A stretch of DNA of 64,000 bases from Tubulanus polymorphus (lineage: Eukaryota; Animalia; Nemertea). Of this stretch, positions 1 through 11,656 are shown one piece after another (position 1 is the first letter of the stretch; each line of letters opens with the position of its first letter). Below the pieces are notes generated by a model. The model was given only the letters and a program-made list of their open reading frames with translations, was not told where the DNA came from and made no database searches. The stretch is taken from positions 26,222,345-26,286,344 of the forward strand of contig NC_134028.1 in assembly GCF_964204645.1 (NCBI RefSeq), in the 5' to 3' direction. The translations under genes and the position numbers were made by a program.

Positions 1-3000
1 AGAGGTCGCATTGTACGGTCTCCGAGGCTCTCTTCTCTCCCTCAGGAATCACCAGTTTATAAACGAACACGAATCCTCCGTTAGTTCCGACCCATAAACT
101 CGGGTGATGAGTCGACGCTGCAAATAAAACAACGTTTCTTACGGATCAGGTAAACTAAAATTCCTTCATTTTCTGGGACCCATTGTAAGATTGTAAGATA
201 TAGAATGCGGGGACTATAATTTCTAATCAAAGAGGTTCCTTGTACCACTTGGTCACCAGCACAAACAACAATGTACCAAAAATTCCATTTTCTACATATT
301 TACAAATACCCAGATTATTCCATGATATAACACAAAAATCCCTCTGAATAAATCTGAAGAATTTTCAGGTTTAAAATATTCCATTTCTTTATGAATTACG
401 TATTGATAAAGAAACACCTGGTCAATATCCGAATTCCTGGAATTTTCATCTTTGTAAAGACACTTACGTTCGAGGATGAATGTTTCAGCGAAGTGGAACA
501 ACCTGACGACGCTATTCATACTATCATCAGCCGCACGAGCTTCGATCTTTCTCTCTTCCGGTTTCACCTCAGCTGCCGCAGCTGCTTCTGCTTCTTCTTT
601 CTTGTCTTCGGTCGGAGATGCGGTAGCGGATTCCGATTCAGCTGCAGCTGCGGCTGGTTCCTCTTCGCTTTCCTTCTTCTCGACCTCCTTCACTGGCTCT
701 TCGCTCGTTTCTGCAGGTTTTTCCTCTTCAGTTGGACTGAAAAAAATCATGTTCAAAATCATAAATGATGAGGATTATAGGAATGAAAGTTTCCTGAAGT
801 TTTCCTGATTCCAGGTAAGTAGCCACCCAGCGAGGATCCACCAGGTGGCGCTAGAAAAACGATTTCAGATTTCTCTCGAGATTAAATTAAAATCTGTATC
901 AACAATTTCCTAACATTAAACGAATGGCTAAGAGTTGTCCTACTGCCTGGCACGCCATCTGGTGAGATAACCCGGTGTTCTCATTACCTTTCTTTCTTTT
1001 CTTCTTCTTTCTCCTCTTTAGTTTCCTCCTTTGTCGCATCCTCTTTCGACGGACTCTTCGATGGACTCTTTTTCGGCGATCCAGCCTCTTTCTTCGTGGT
1101 GATGGTGGCGCCACCGTGTCTCTTACGTACGCGCAGACGACGGATCGATTCGCGCAGCGACTTTTTGAATTTCTTGCCGCGAGACATCGACGATTCCTGC
1201 ACGTGTTCTTCAGGGTTCAACGTACAGTTCGTGAGAACTTCTTTCTTCTGCGCGTAATCGAACACGGTGAATCCGTGAGCCGTTCCTGCTACTAGTCTAA
1301 TATACACAATATACAACGTTTTAGTTTTAGGTAAATATTACATTTTCATGGGTCTAATTGAAGAACTCTGGGATTTTCATATCCTTTCAATCGGTTTTAT
1401 TGCTTTTCACAAGAAAATAATACAAGGATTTCAACTTTTTTCCCCAGATTCTAGAAGAACAGATGCAGCCGTTCAATAGATTCAATAAATTGCAGAAATA
1501 ACTTACATTTGCCATTCAGGTTGGAATGTAAGAGCTGTAGTAGCTGCCGGTGGGAACACCTGTAACACGACCGTCGGCTGGAATCCGGCTGCGAATTTAA
1601 TCTCGCCCGATCTCGCTTCCAGGGCCTGATGTCCCTTCCAGACGAAACTGTCGCGATCGCTGACGATGTTACTCTGTACGGTGGCGACCTCTTTAGTCGT
1701 CTCTTCGCCTTCGATGTTCATCATGACGACCTGACCGGCGCTGCCCCCGACGACGAGGGTCTCGCTCAACGGACACAGTTCGATTCTCTGTATCGCTAGA
1801 CGAGGATCGTCGCTGAACGGATCGTACGTACTGACCTAATTAATATCAACAACTTCAATTAAATTACGACTCCAAAATAGAAATGATTTCAGTAAAGAAA
1901 CGACTTTTGCTTAGTAAATTGTCGAATTGGAAATACAAATTGGGACTCGAGAAATTCAGATGACTTCAGTTAATGGGAGGATTTGTGGAAATAACCACTC
2001 ACTAATGCACCTAGTAGTAAATTCAAATCGATTTGGAAATGTAAATTTTGACTCAAAATTAGAGACTTCTATCTAGTGATCCGTAACCGGATTATCATTT
2101 TTCGATTTTGATACCTTTCTGAATGGTGGCCATTCTTCCTCTCCGTCGTTCGCTGAATCTGCAGCAACATCGTCGGTGAATATAGTCGACGTAGATAGTT
2201 TATAGAGCAGGCTGGCGGCCGGGGTCGACGCGTCCCAGAACTGAATAGTTCCATCTTCGTGTCTACAAAAATCAAATTTGTTCAATTCTCATTTTCTGTG
2301 AGTGGATGTTTCGAAAACCCTTCACCTCCCATGGTTAATTAAATGAATTTTGATATTAGGTCCATTTATTTCAGGAAAATGAAAACTCACCCGGTGAGAA
2401 GCAAATCTCGTGCATCTTTGTCGCGGTCTTCAACTGCATTGATTCCTCCGGTTAACGGCCAATCCTATTAATTAACATTCATGACATACGCATAAATTAA
2501 CATACATTATCTACACAGCCAGATATTTACACGGATTATCTCGATGAAGGACGTTACCAGGGTGCTGTGACCGGAATCCTGACCGAGTCCGATCTCTTTG
2601 ATTTTATTCCACAGATCCTCGGGAACGTGGCTGATATGCTGGGCGCAGGTGATCGCTGATGAATGCATGCTGGCTAGGTATGGCAGACGGAACGTAGGCC
2701 AATCCTTCGTCACCAAATCAATAAATACAATCTCTTCTTCAGCAAGGATTATCAGGGTATGTGGACTGCCATTTTCTATAATAGCAAACAAAATAAGCTT
2801 TATTTAACACAGGGTTCCTACAGATATCAGTCATTCCTGGATATTAGGAGTTTTTTAGGAGAAAATTTCAAACTTCGAATAAGTGTCTACATCACTTTCA
2901 TATATCTCAATCACTGTAGACTACTAAGTGACCAGTGACATCACAGCCACTCATGGCTTCCAGCTAACCCTAACCTTAGGTCAGCTGTCCAGTGATATCA

Positions 3001-6000
3001 CAGGCAGTCATGACTGCCAGCTAACCAGTGACATCACAGGCACTCATGACTGCCAGCTAACCCTAACCCTAGGTCAGGTGACCAGTGACATCACAGGCAC
3101 TCATGACTGCCAGCTAACCCTAACCCTAGGTCAGGTGACCAGTGACATCACAGGCACTCATGACTGCCAGCTAACCCTAACCCTAGGTCAGGTGACCAGT
3201 GACATCACAGGCACTCATGACTGCCAGCTAACCCTAACCCTAGGTCAGGTGACCAGTGACACCACAGGCACTCATGACTGCCAGCTAACCCTAACCCTAG
3301 GTCAGGTGACCAGTGACACAACAGGCACTCATGACTGCCAGCTAACCAGTGACATCACAGCCACTCATGACTGCCACCTAACCCTAACCCTAGGTCAGGT
3401 GACTTGGATAGTAAGAAGCCAGCCAATCAGAATCAAGCTTACATATGCTCCAGCTTACGAAGTGACCATGACAGTTATTCATTATAATTCATTATTCAAC
3501 AGACTATTGAATTGAGGTTGGAATTACTGAGGCATTGCATGTAGGCAGAATTCAATCTGCACATAATCAAATTGGATCAGATTAAAAATCCTTTCATTGT
3601 GAGCATTACCCTTAGAATTAAAATTCAGTATAAATAAAATACTAGTTTAAAGCCTTTTCAATGATTTTGTCGATTCAGTAAAATTATGATTAGCTAATTT
3701 TAATTTTTGTTGATTCAGCAAAATAACGATTAATCATTTATGACTAGATTTGTTGATTCTCTAATAAATCTATGAATACATTCTCATTATTTCTCTTCAA
3801 TCCGAATAACTTCATTGATTTGATAAACGCACGATTTGAACAATACGAATGAATTACTAAAGCGCTGTGTAACGCGCAGGGCCAATTTGAATTTCAGATA
3901 ATTCAACGGTAATTTCTACAATACCTTCATTATCCATGGTAACGAAATCAATAACAGGCGAAGTGACTTCGAAGACGACGTGTTGAGTATCCTCCATGAC
4001 GGTTACGGTGTGACGATCGTCGTAACTCGCACGCGGCATACCGCCAGAAAATATGATAAACGGCTCTCTACAAAATTACAATATCGCATATTAATTCATT
4101 TTCAAAATGTAGGTAATAGTTCAGGAAACTATCAATCAATACAATTAATTTCATCTTATCAGTATTTAGAGTTTATTGAAATGAATTTTTTCGGGATCAT
4201 ATCTTTCATTAGGTGAACCACACAAGAAAACTACAGATTTACATATATTTTAAAATTATCAATTTGATAAAATACATGGGTTCTAAACTATTCGATTCTA
4301 AACTATTTAACGACAAAAGAAGCTCATTTTTGAATACATTAAGCATATGAGATGAGTAGTCATTGGTTTCGTAAGGGCCCTCCTGAGCTTTCAAACAAAC
4401 AGGGCCTGCCCTAATTTTAGAGTGCCATTACAGACTATAACTTATTTTCTTAGCTCTCAAAATACCGGGAGATTCACTTTTCATTTCTAGACAAACTTAC
4501 TTTGATGTCGATGGTTTGGTCAGAATCTTGGTGATCGGCTTGCATGGGAATGGTCCTAAAAATCAGAATTAAGAATAACACTGTTACATGAAACACAGGG
4601 CGAATATTTTAGCCCGATTTTCAACATTCCCAGGACAACCCCCGGTACCCGCATAGCCACGGGCAGCAGAGGACTGCTGGGGTGAGGGCCAATCCTCAGG
4701 TCAGGACAGGTTAACCTGACTACCTCACAATCTATCTATCTTCATAGTGGTTTTCATCACAATTTAACATCGAAAAACGGATCAAGTCTAATAGAAAAAT
4801 GTGATTTTGAGCATATTTGGAAACTTTCAGGAGTAATTGAGCTCTATATTCAAAACAGTAGGTTTTCTTTAATAGAAAATGAACTAGAAACCATTCTGTT
4901 TTTAAGCGTATTTTGATGTACATTAGATTTTTATAAAGAATGGTTACTACAAGCACTCATGCAAATAGTAGTGGTAGTAAAGACTTCAAATTGAATAGCA
5001 CAGTGGTAGTCAGGACAGCCCCGGTGGGTATCAACAGCACAGAGTATATCATAGTAGCTGCAGGGTACTCGGGTATCAGGGTACTCGGGTATCAGGGTAC
5101 TCTGGTTCTCTTACCGTAAGGAATAGCAGTTCGTTCACTTGGTTTCACCGGTTCACGTTCGATTGTTGTCGGCCAGTTGATGTAACTGCCGTCATTGTGT
5201 GACGTAATAAATTGAGTTCCGTCTCGATTCCAACTAAATGATTCTAATTGTTGAGACGACGCGAACTGACCTTGAACTCGACTGTGAGTCATATCCCACA
5301 ACACGCACAGGCCTTTATTGTAACCGATCAAAACCTAATGACGACAACAGAAACATTTATCATTTCAATCACAAACCCTGAACTAAAAATACTGAATATT
5401 CATCATTATGAGAAATCTGAATTAATTATCACATTTCACATCTATGTAGTTTGACAATATAATGATAACGAAAAAAGTCTATATTCAACTAAAGATCCCA
5501 ACAAATCAGTCATTGGGGATATAAGTTTTTAAGGAGAGAATTTCAGATTTCGAGGATGTGTCTGCATCACTTTCATATCCTAATTACTGTAGACTCTTCC
5601 TAAATCGGTACTGTTTATCTCGGTAAACCAGTAATTCAATGGTTTTCTAAGCAAATTTCTATCATTTATACCATCTCTGTTTTTATTTCGGTAACCGCCT
5701 AATTGGGTTAAAAAAAGATTCCGTTTTCATCTGCACCGATTGAGGCATAGTTTACTGTACAACTTCTGAAGTATCTTAGATTTGGGCATTTTGCTCAAAT
5801 TATAGGAGTTTTAAGCACAATTAAAAGCATTTTCTGTTTAGAAAGAGTTTTTAGGGAATCAAGTAGTCGTAGGGACCTTGCTAAGGGTAGACTTGTATAA
5901 TTTGATTTTTGTTTTTCAATTTTTAACGTCAATATATGAGTCACAAGTTTAATCTAGACGTGTCTAGTTTGAGCTTATCATTTTCAACGTGTCGATTGCA

Positions 6001-6414
6001 TTAAGATATGGGGGAATCCCAGTCTCTATTGTGAGCGCCCGAAATAAAATAATATAAAATTATCTCCAGACACAATACGCCATCATCAAATTTTCGATGA
6101 AATATCACTTCGACGAACAAGCACTTAATAATGTACACGGTATTTAGAACAATTGAGGAAGTTAGTCTCGTAAAGACAGTCGAGGAAGCTTTTTGTTCGA
6201 CGAGAACTAACCTTATCAGGAGTACAAGGATTAATTTCGATGGCCTCGACGGATCCAGGGTTCAATTTAAATTCATCCGGAACGCTGAAAATATAACATA
6301 CCGAATATATACATACATGATATAGAGAAGTATTAGTCATCAGGTTATAATTGTAGCAATTGCTGTCATGTAACAAGTGATGAATATAATTATAATGTGA
6401 CCAGTAATATAGAA

Positions 6415-6502
<88 letters not shown>

Positions 6503-9055
6503 CAGTAGAGTTAGAGATGAATCATTTATTATACAGTAATCAGAGTCACACAGATTTACAGCTCGCTCTCTCTCTCTCTACTAATTATATGCATATTTCA
6601 TGTATCTGTTACACGACTTCTATAGAGAAACGATGGTTATATAGAATATGTAACGCGCTCTTCAGATATTTATGATCGCGAATCGCTTTTCACAAATGTA
6701 ATAATAAAACACTGGCGGCGTTTGTTCATACGTACTTCTGCATGACGACATCCTGGTAGATAACGGCGTCTGCTTTCAGCGTGAAATTCTCCAAGTCGAG
6801 TTGATGGATGTTTCCGCTTTCGGTGCCCAACAATAAAGTTTTACCGTCAGCTGTTAAACAAGCTACAGTCAATTCCATCAGTCTCCTGTTAAATACAATA
6901 CATACATTGTATTTTATTACGATATATACAAATTTAAATCACAAAGCCTATCAATTGAAAACTATCGTTATGAGTTAGTGATTTCATAAGGATTGAATTT
7001 CTACACCAAACTGGTGCCTATCGAGGCCTTTTTTTATTTTGCTCTTCTGGAAGATTTCATATTCTTTCTGCCACCACAGATATGGAAGAATCGAAATTCT
7101 AGAAGAGTTCTGCCAGAATACGGAAGAATCGGAAATTTCTGCACATCATAGAAATCTAATGTAGAATCCTCTACTTGGGACTGACAACCACTTTACTAAC
7201 AGTCTTATCAAGCCTATAAGATTTGTTAGGCCTATATCGTTTTCTTTTTTACTTTTATAGGTAACTTCCCCTTTTTCGGGTATCTTTCCCAGTAATCACC
7301 CACAAGAATGGTATCAAATTCATTCCGTGCCATTTGGGTCTCGAAAAGAATGGAACAATATTCATTCCCGAAAGCGTAGTTAGGTCAGACAGAACGATTA
7401 GCTATCGATAACTACAGCGTTTATCGCATGTTGCTAGCGGCAACGGTACTCATCTCTCAAGTAACGCGCGCGACGACGACGGCAACAGATCTCAGACAAT
7501 GAGAGCGTAACGATACACGAATTCAGAGAACGATACACAATTCAAAACCGTTGCCAAGAATGTATTGATTTTAAACTACTATTCGTTATCTCTTACTCAG
7601 TATATGACTCAATTTGATACTGTGTGATGATTAATGGTGTTTGAAAAACATGTGTAACCACTAAAGGTTATCTTATGTAACTTGTTCAAACGTACCCTTC
7701 TTCCATTGTAAATGTTCGAACGTGATCCAAATCACTGCCGTTGATCTCCCACAAGTGAACCGTGTTGTCGCGACACACGCTCAAAAGTCGACCCTGAAAT
7801 TTTTTTAAAACAATTCAGACATTGCTCCCACAAAACAATTCTCAAGTTTTTTCCTAAGTATTTCATGGGTGATATTTCAATTTTGCCAAATGAAAATGTG
7901 GTCTCTGTATGAAACATGGTTTGTAGCAGCAAGACTATAAGTAGTCACATGATAGCAGTTCATCATTATTCGCCAAACATAACAACAATCTACAGACAAA
8001 TTGCCCAGAATTTTTTTAACCAAAAAATATCACTTATTAGACTTGCTACCAGCATGCTACGGGGACGTCAACATTTTAGTGGTGAGAATTTTAGTGGTGA
8101 GTTTAAATTCCCAAGCTTTTCCTGATTCCCGGCAATGAAGCATGCGTTGACGACTATTCTGACAGCAATTTCAAAATTGACTCACCTGCTCTGGGAGGAA
8201 GATCAACTGCCCGACCGTTTCACCGCTCTCCAGGACATTGTCAAATTCGACCCCCGGCTTTCCGAAGCTTCGATCGCGTCAAGGAATTTCATAATACCGC
8301 GAAACGAAATTCAATATCGATTATAAGGAAATTAATTTTAGCTCGGGCTGTAAAAGGATACATCTTGATGACGCCGGTCTTGGTGGCAATCGCCAACAAG
8401 TTGAGGGAAGGATCGTAGGCAAGAGCTGACGGTTTGTGTGGAAATCCATGATCCGTACACTAATAATACAATTAAACAAACTTATAAATATGAAACCCCT
8501 GAAATAGTAAACACACAGTCACTCGAACACAACCAGCTCCACAGCTGTGCGTATTGCATTCATAAACACTCTGATCAAACTCAACAACCTACAACAGTAC
8601 AACTGGAGAACCAAGATTCTGATTCTATAGAAAACGTATCCATGCACGCAGGATCTGAAGGTCTAAACGAATTTGTTCCGAGGCAAATAAATCAGAATGG
8701 TACACTTCGACAAAATATCATTTTCAAGAATATCAAAAAATGAAATTCTACATTTGCTTCACACAAAATGCTCTTTTTAGATTTATTTACTCGACAACAA
8801 TTTGCTCCTTAAAATGAATAAAGCGCTTGAGATTACACAAGTATCATTAGTCCCTCTCTAGATCGGCCCATGTCTTGAAATGGGTCTAAGGAACAAAACA
8901 ATCATTAGCTACAGCTGAAGATCTCAGTAGAGCTGTGAGACTGTACAACTACTGGTACTTACTTTTTGGAATTGTAACAGATCCTGTGCTAATTTAGTCT
9001 TACGACTGCTGTCCTTCGGTTTCATTCGACGAAACTGTTTAAATATCGCACTCAT
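1..9055 (-). CDS. LLGL1: Lethal(2) giant larvae protein homolog (LLGL/Lgl), multi-exon, 3' end outside window
   Basis: Phase-consistent GT-AG exons (minus): 8963-9055, 8362-8459, 8186-8267, 7696-7793, 6736-6885, 6212-6284, 5115-5334, 4501-4555, 3925-4067, 2558-2775, 2391-2464, 2115-2262, 1507-1835, 988-1296, 468-736, 1-117. Lgl-family motifs: [98 protein letters not shown]. Confidence 0.95.
2928..3403. repeat. 57-bp minisatellite containing telomere-type (CCCTAA)n units
   Basis: About 8 copies of gtgaccagtgacatcacaggcactcatgactgccagctaaccctaaccctaggtcag plus shorter variants, in an LLGL intron. Confidence 0.95.
6418..6499. repeat. (TA)n microsatellite
   Basis: About 41 uninterrupted TA units. 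Confidence 0.99.
8268..8361 (-). other. U12-type (minor spliceosome) GT-AG intron of LLGL
   Basis: 5'ss GTATCCTTTT at 8361; branch site TTCCTTGAC at 8286-8278 about 10 nt from the AG; no polypyrimidine tract. Joins ...[13 protein letters not shown] in frame. Confidence 0.9.
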
Positions 9056-9140
9056 TTTGTCGCGGTTTCTTTTACTTTCTTCCTTTTTAGTAGATTTAAC
9101 TGAATTAAACAAAACAGAAGCAATTTTATCGATTTTAATT

Positions 9141-9265
9141 CACACAGTTCTGAACCCAGTACTACAGTCCTGGACCGAGTACTACAGATCTGTACCAAGT
9201 TTCACAGTCCTGGACCCAGTTCCACAGTTCTGAACCCAGTTCCACAGTCCTGGACCCTGTTCCAC
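9141..9265. repeat. 20-bp tandem array of cacagtcctggacccagttc (MITE-TIR-like unit)
   Basis: About 6 degenerate copies; the unit matches the GGACCCAGTTCCACAG terminus of the MITE at 29591-29701. Confidence 0.8.
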
Positions 9266-10396
9266 CTTTTTTCCCGCTTAGTTTGACAACAAAATTAAGA
9301 TTGTTAGTTCCATTCATTTGCGATGAAATATTCTAAGCTCTAAAAGTCAAATTTTATCTCGAAACAGAGGAACTGGGTTCATTAATTCTAAATATCTTTA
9401 AGTCATACCCTGGCAGCAGCAGCAGATGTCTCTGAGCAATTCAAAACACTAGCTCTGTGTATGAGTCTCACTGTATCTCACTGTATGAATATAACTACAG
9501 TTTTTCTCATATATAAACAACGTGTGCTTGGTTTTTGTCGCAATACACGCGTCATATACAGAAATACAGACAATGTAGCAATTCATTTCAAATGTGTGAT
9601 CATCATTGCGTCACACGTGTTGTTTTATTGTCGTCTCTCGACAAAATGTGTGCTCCACAAAACAATTACTAGAAAACTTAGTAAATTTAGATCATTCGAA
9701 CAATGCTGCACAGTCCAATAACTGCCCGCAATAGTTCGAAATCATGAGTTCAAATATAAACAAACGCATATAGCCTATAAATAAGCTGGTTTTGGAATGT
9801 GAAGTTCAATCCAGTTTGAATATAGCCTAACCGTTGGAAAATATTTGAAATTTGAATAGCGATCTTGACACGTGAAAAATTGTCTAAAAGTGCAAAATTT
9901 TCTATATTAGAATACCTAGTCGGATTTTAATTCAGGGCTTGTTCCCACAAACTCCTAGGCCTAACTGAATTTACGAATGAAGAAATTAGAGATTTGAAGA
10001 TTCTCGTGATCCAGCAGAAACTCGATTGTCTCCCCTCCCAGACATCGTTTTTATAATCCGGGCGTTAATATAGACAGTGCACTACAATTCGTTTTTTATG
10101 CGTGCGATTATTATTATGAATAGCAGGCGTTCCAACAAATAATTTACCATCTATTCACGCAAGAGCAGTAGTTAGTAGTGTGTAGTGTTATATGGGTATA
10201 TTATGTAATTCATCCGCTAATAAATAAAGAGGCAAACTCTACCAGTAAATGGCTGGCCTAGTAAAAAGAATAGATGAGAGGAGACACAATACCGAGTGAG
10301 TTGAGACTGCGAGCGAGTTCTCTCTGTGCGACGCGGAGTGGTTGAGATAGAGAGAGGAATGACTGATCGATAATGTCTGTTGTTTATTGCACGTAC

Positions 10397-10660
10397 CTGG
10401 ATGTCTCTAGACCCGGTCGCAGCTTCTCCTGTAGCGAATCAGCCGAAATAATTCCTCAGTTATCTAGCAGTAGACGTTCTAGTTGTGATGGGCCGCTAAT
10501 TGTCGCAGGCCCTCGTCGAAATAATCACCGATATTCGAATATAATCCTCGCCGAACGAAGTCGAATTCGAGCTGAGAGTCGGAGTCATAGACTGAGAAAA
10601 TCCCGCCGCGTTTATTCACTACCTACACACCGAACCGTCTCAATACGCGACAATGTCTGA
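10397..10660 (-). other. Probable non-coding first (5'UTR) exon of LLGL
   Basis: Strong minus-strand donor CCAG|GTACGT at 10397/10396 in a CpG-rich region upstream of the ATG exon (acceptor at 9100). The 5' end is approximate. Confidence 0.55.
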
Positions 10661-10900
10661 CACGTTTCAAAAACTAAAATTCAACTGAACTATCAAATTT
10701 TATTACCTAAAAGTTCGGTCTTTCGCATAGAATATGAACGATTTAAGTTGATATATCGTATTTTCAAAGTTATACGGTTTATATCTGTGAACTATTTCGA
10801 AGCATTAATACGTTCGCCGGCTGGGCGTTGCTGACGTCATATTGTATTTAGGGAATTCCCTAGTTCGTGCGCGTGCGAATAGGTGGCGAGTTCGTCGCAC
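10660..10900. promoter_or_regulatory. Candidate bidirectional promoter between LLGL and the collagen gene
   Basis: Divergent genes; CpG-rich; CRE TGACGTCA at 10832-10839; kB-type palindrome TAGGGAATTCCCTA at 10849-10862; NRF1-like GTGCGCGTGCG near 10867. Confidence 0.55.
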
Positions 10901-11656
10901 GGTACCGGCACTTGCCAGAGACAACTCTGCGTTGACCGGGTCAAAGCAATGTTGCTATGACTGATTGAACTGATCGTGGACGTACTAGAGTAAACTAAAC
11001 TCCAGTTCAAACGTCCATGAGCTGATCAGTTATTGATTCAATACATGGATACTTCATTCAAAATGTGAAATCATGATTAATTTAATATTCTCTCTAACTA
11101 AAAAGGTTTCATAATTTATCTATCAGTGAGAGTTTGCAAATCTAACCCCTGACTGAAGTAGACACTTCGCTTTTATACAATTTGGTAAATAGACGAGAGA
11201 ACACGTTTAATGCTCTAACGAACCGTGAATTGATAGTTTCTCAAAACTTCACTGTACGGTTTCGCCATCTTCTGATCATACGTCGAACTGAAAGTCGAAG
11301 AAGGTTGGGCAGCCTTCGACGAATCAACCAGTGAAAGCATAAAATTCACATTTCCCAGATAAATTTATAGAATACACAATAATAGACTAACAAACGATAT
11401 CTTTTGAAGCTAAAACTGTGTTTTAAAATTCAGAGCGTTTTGCATCATTGCATATTGAGATGCGAGAAATTCGGCCAATAACCTGCCCTACCTATTGAGA
11501 AACTTTTTCGATTCGTCCCGTTTGTTTTCTTACGGCGGTTTCATTAATGATGGTGAAGTGATACGAGCGATATCTGATGAGTTCTACCAGTTAAAAATCG
11601 GTGTTTTCTAATTGTCGTACGGCATGAATTAGGTGTCCCGGCGGACTAACGAAATT

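Noticed and set aside
391-1295. Plus-strand ORFs over LLGL exons
   Set aside because: Antisense shadows of low-complexity LLGL coding sequence.
2928-3515. 195-aa repetitive ORF
   Set aside because: Translation of a 57-bp minisatellite antisense within an LLGL intron; GTG start, no gene context.
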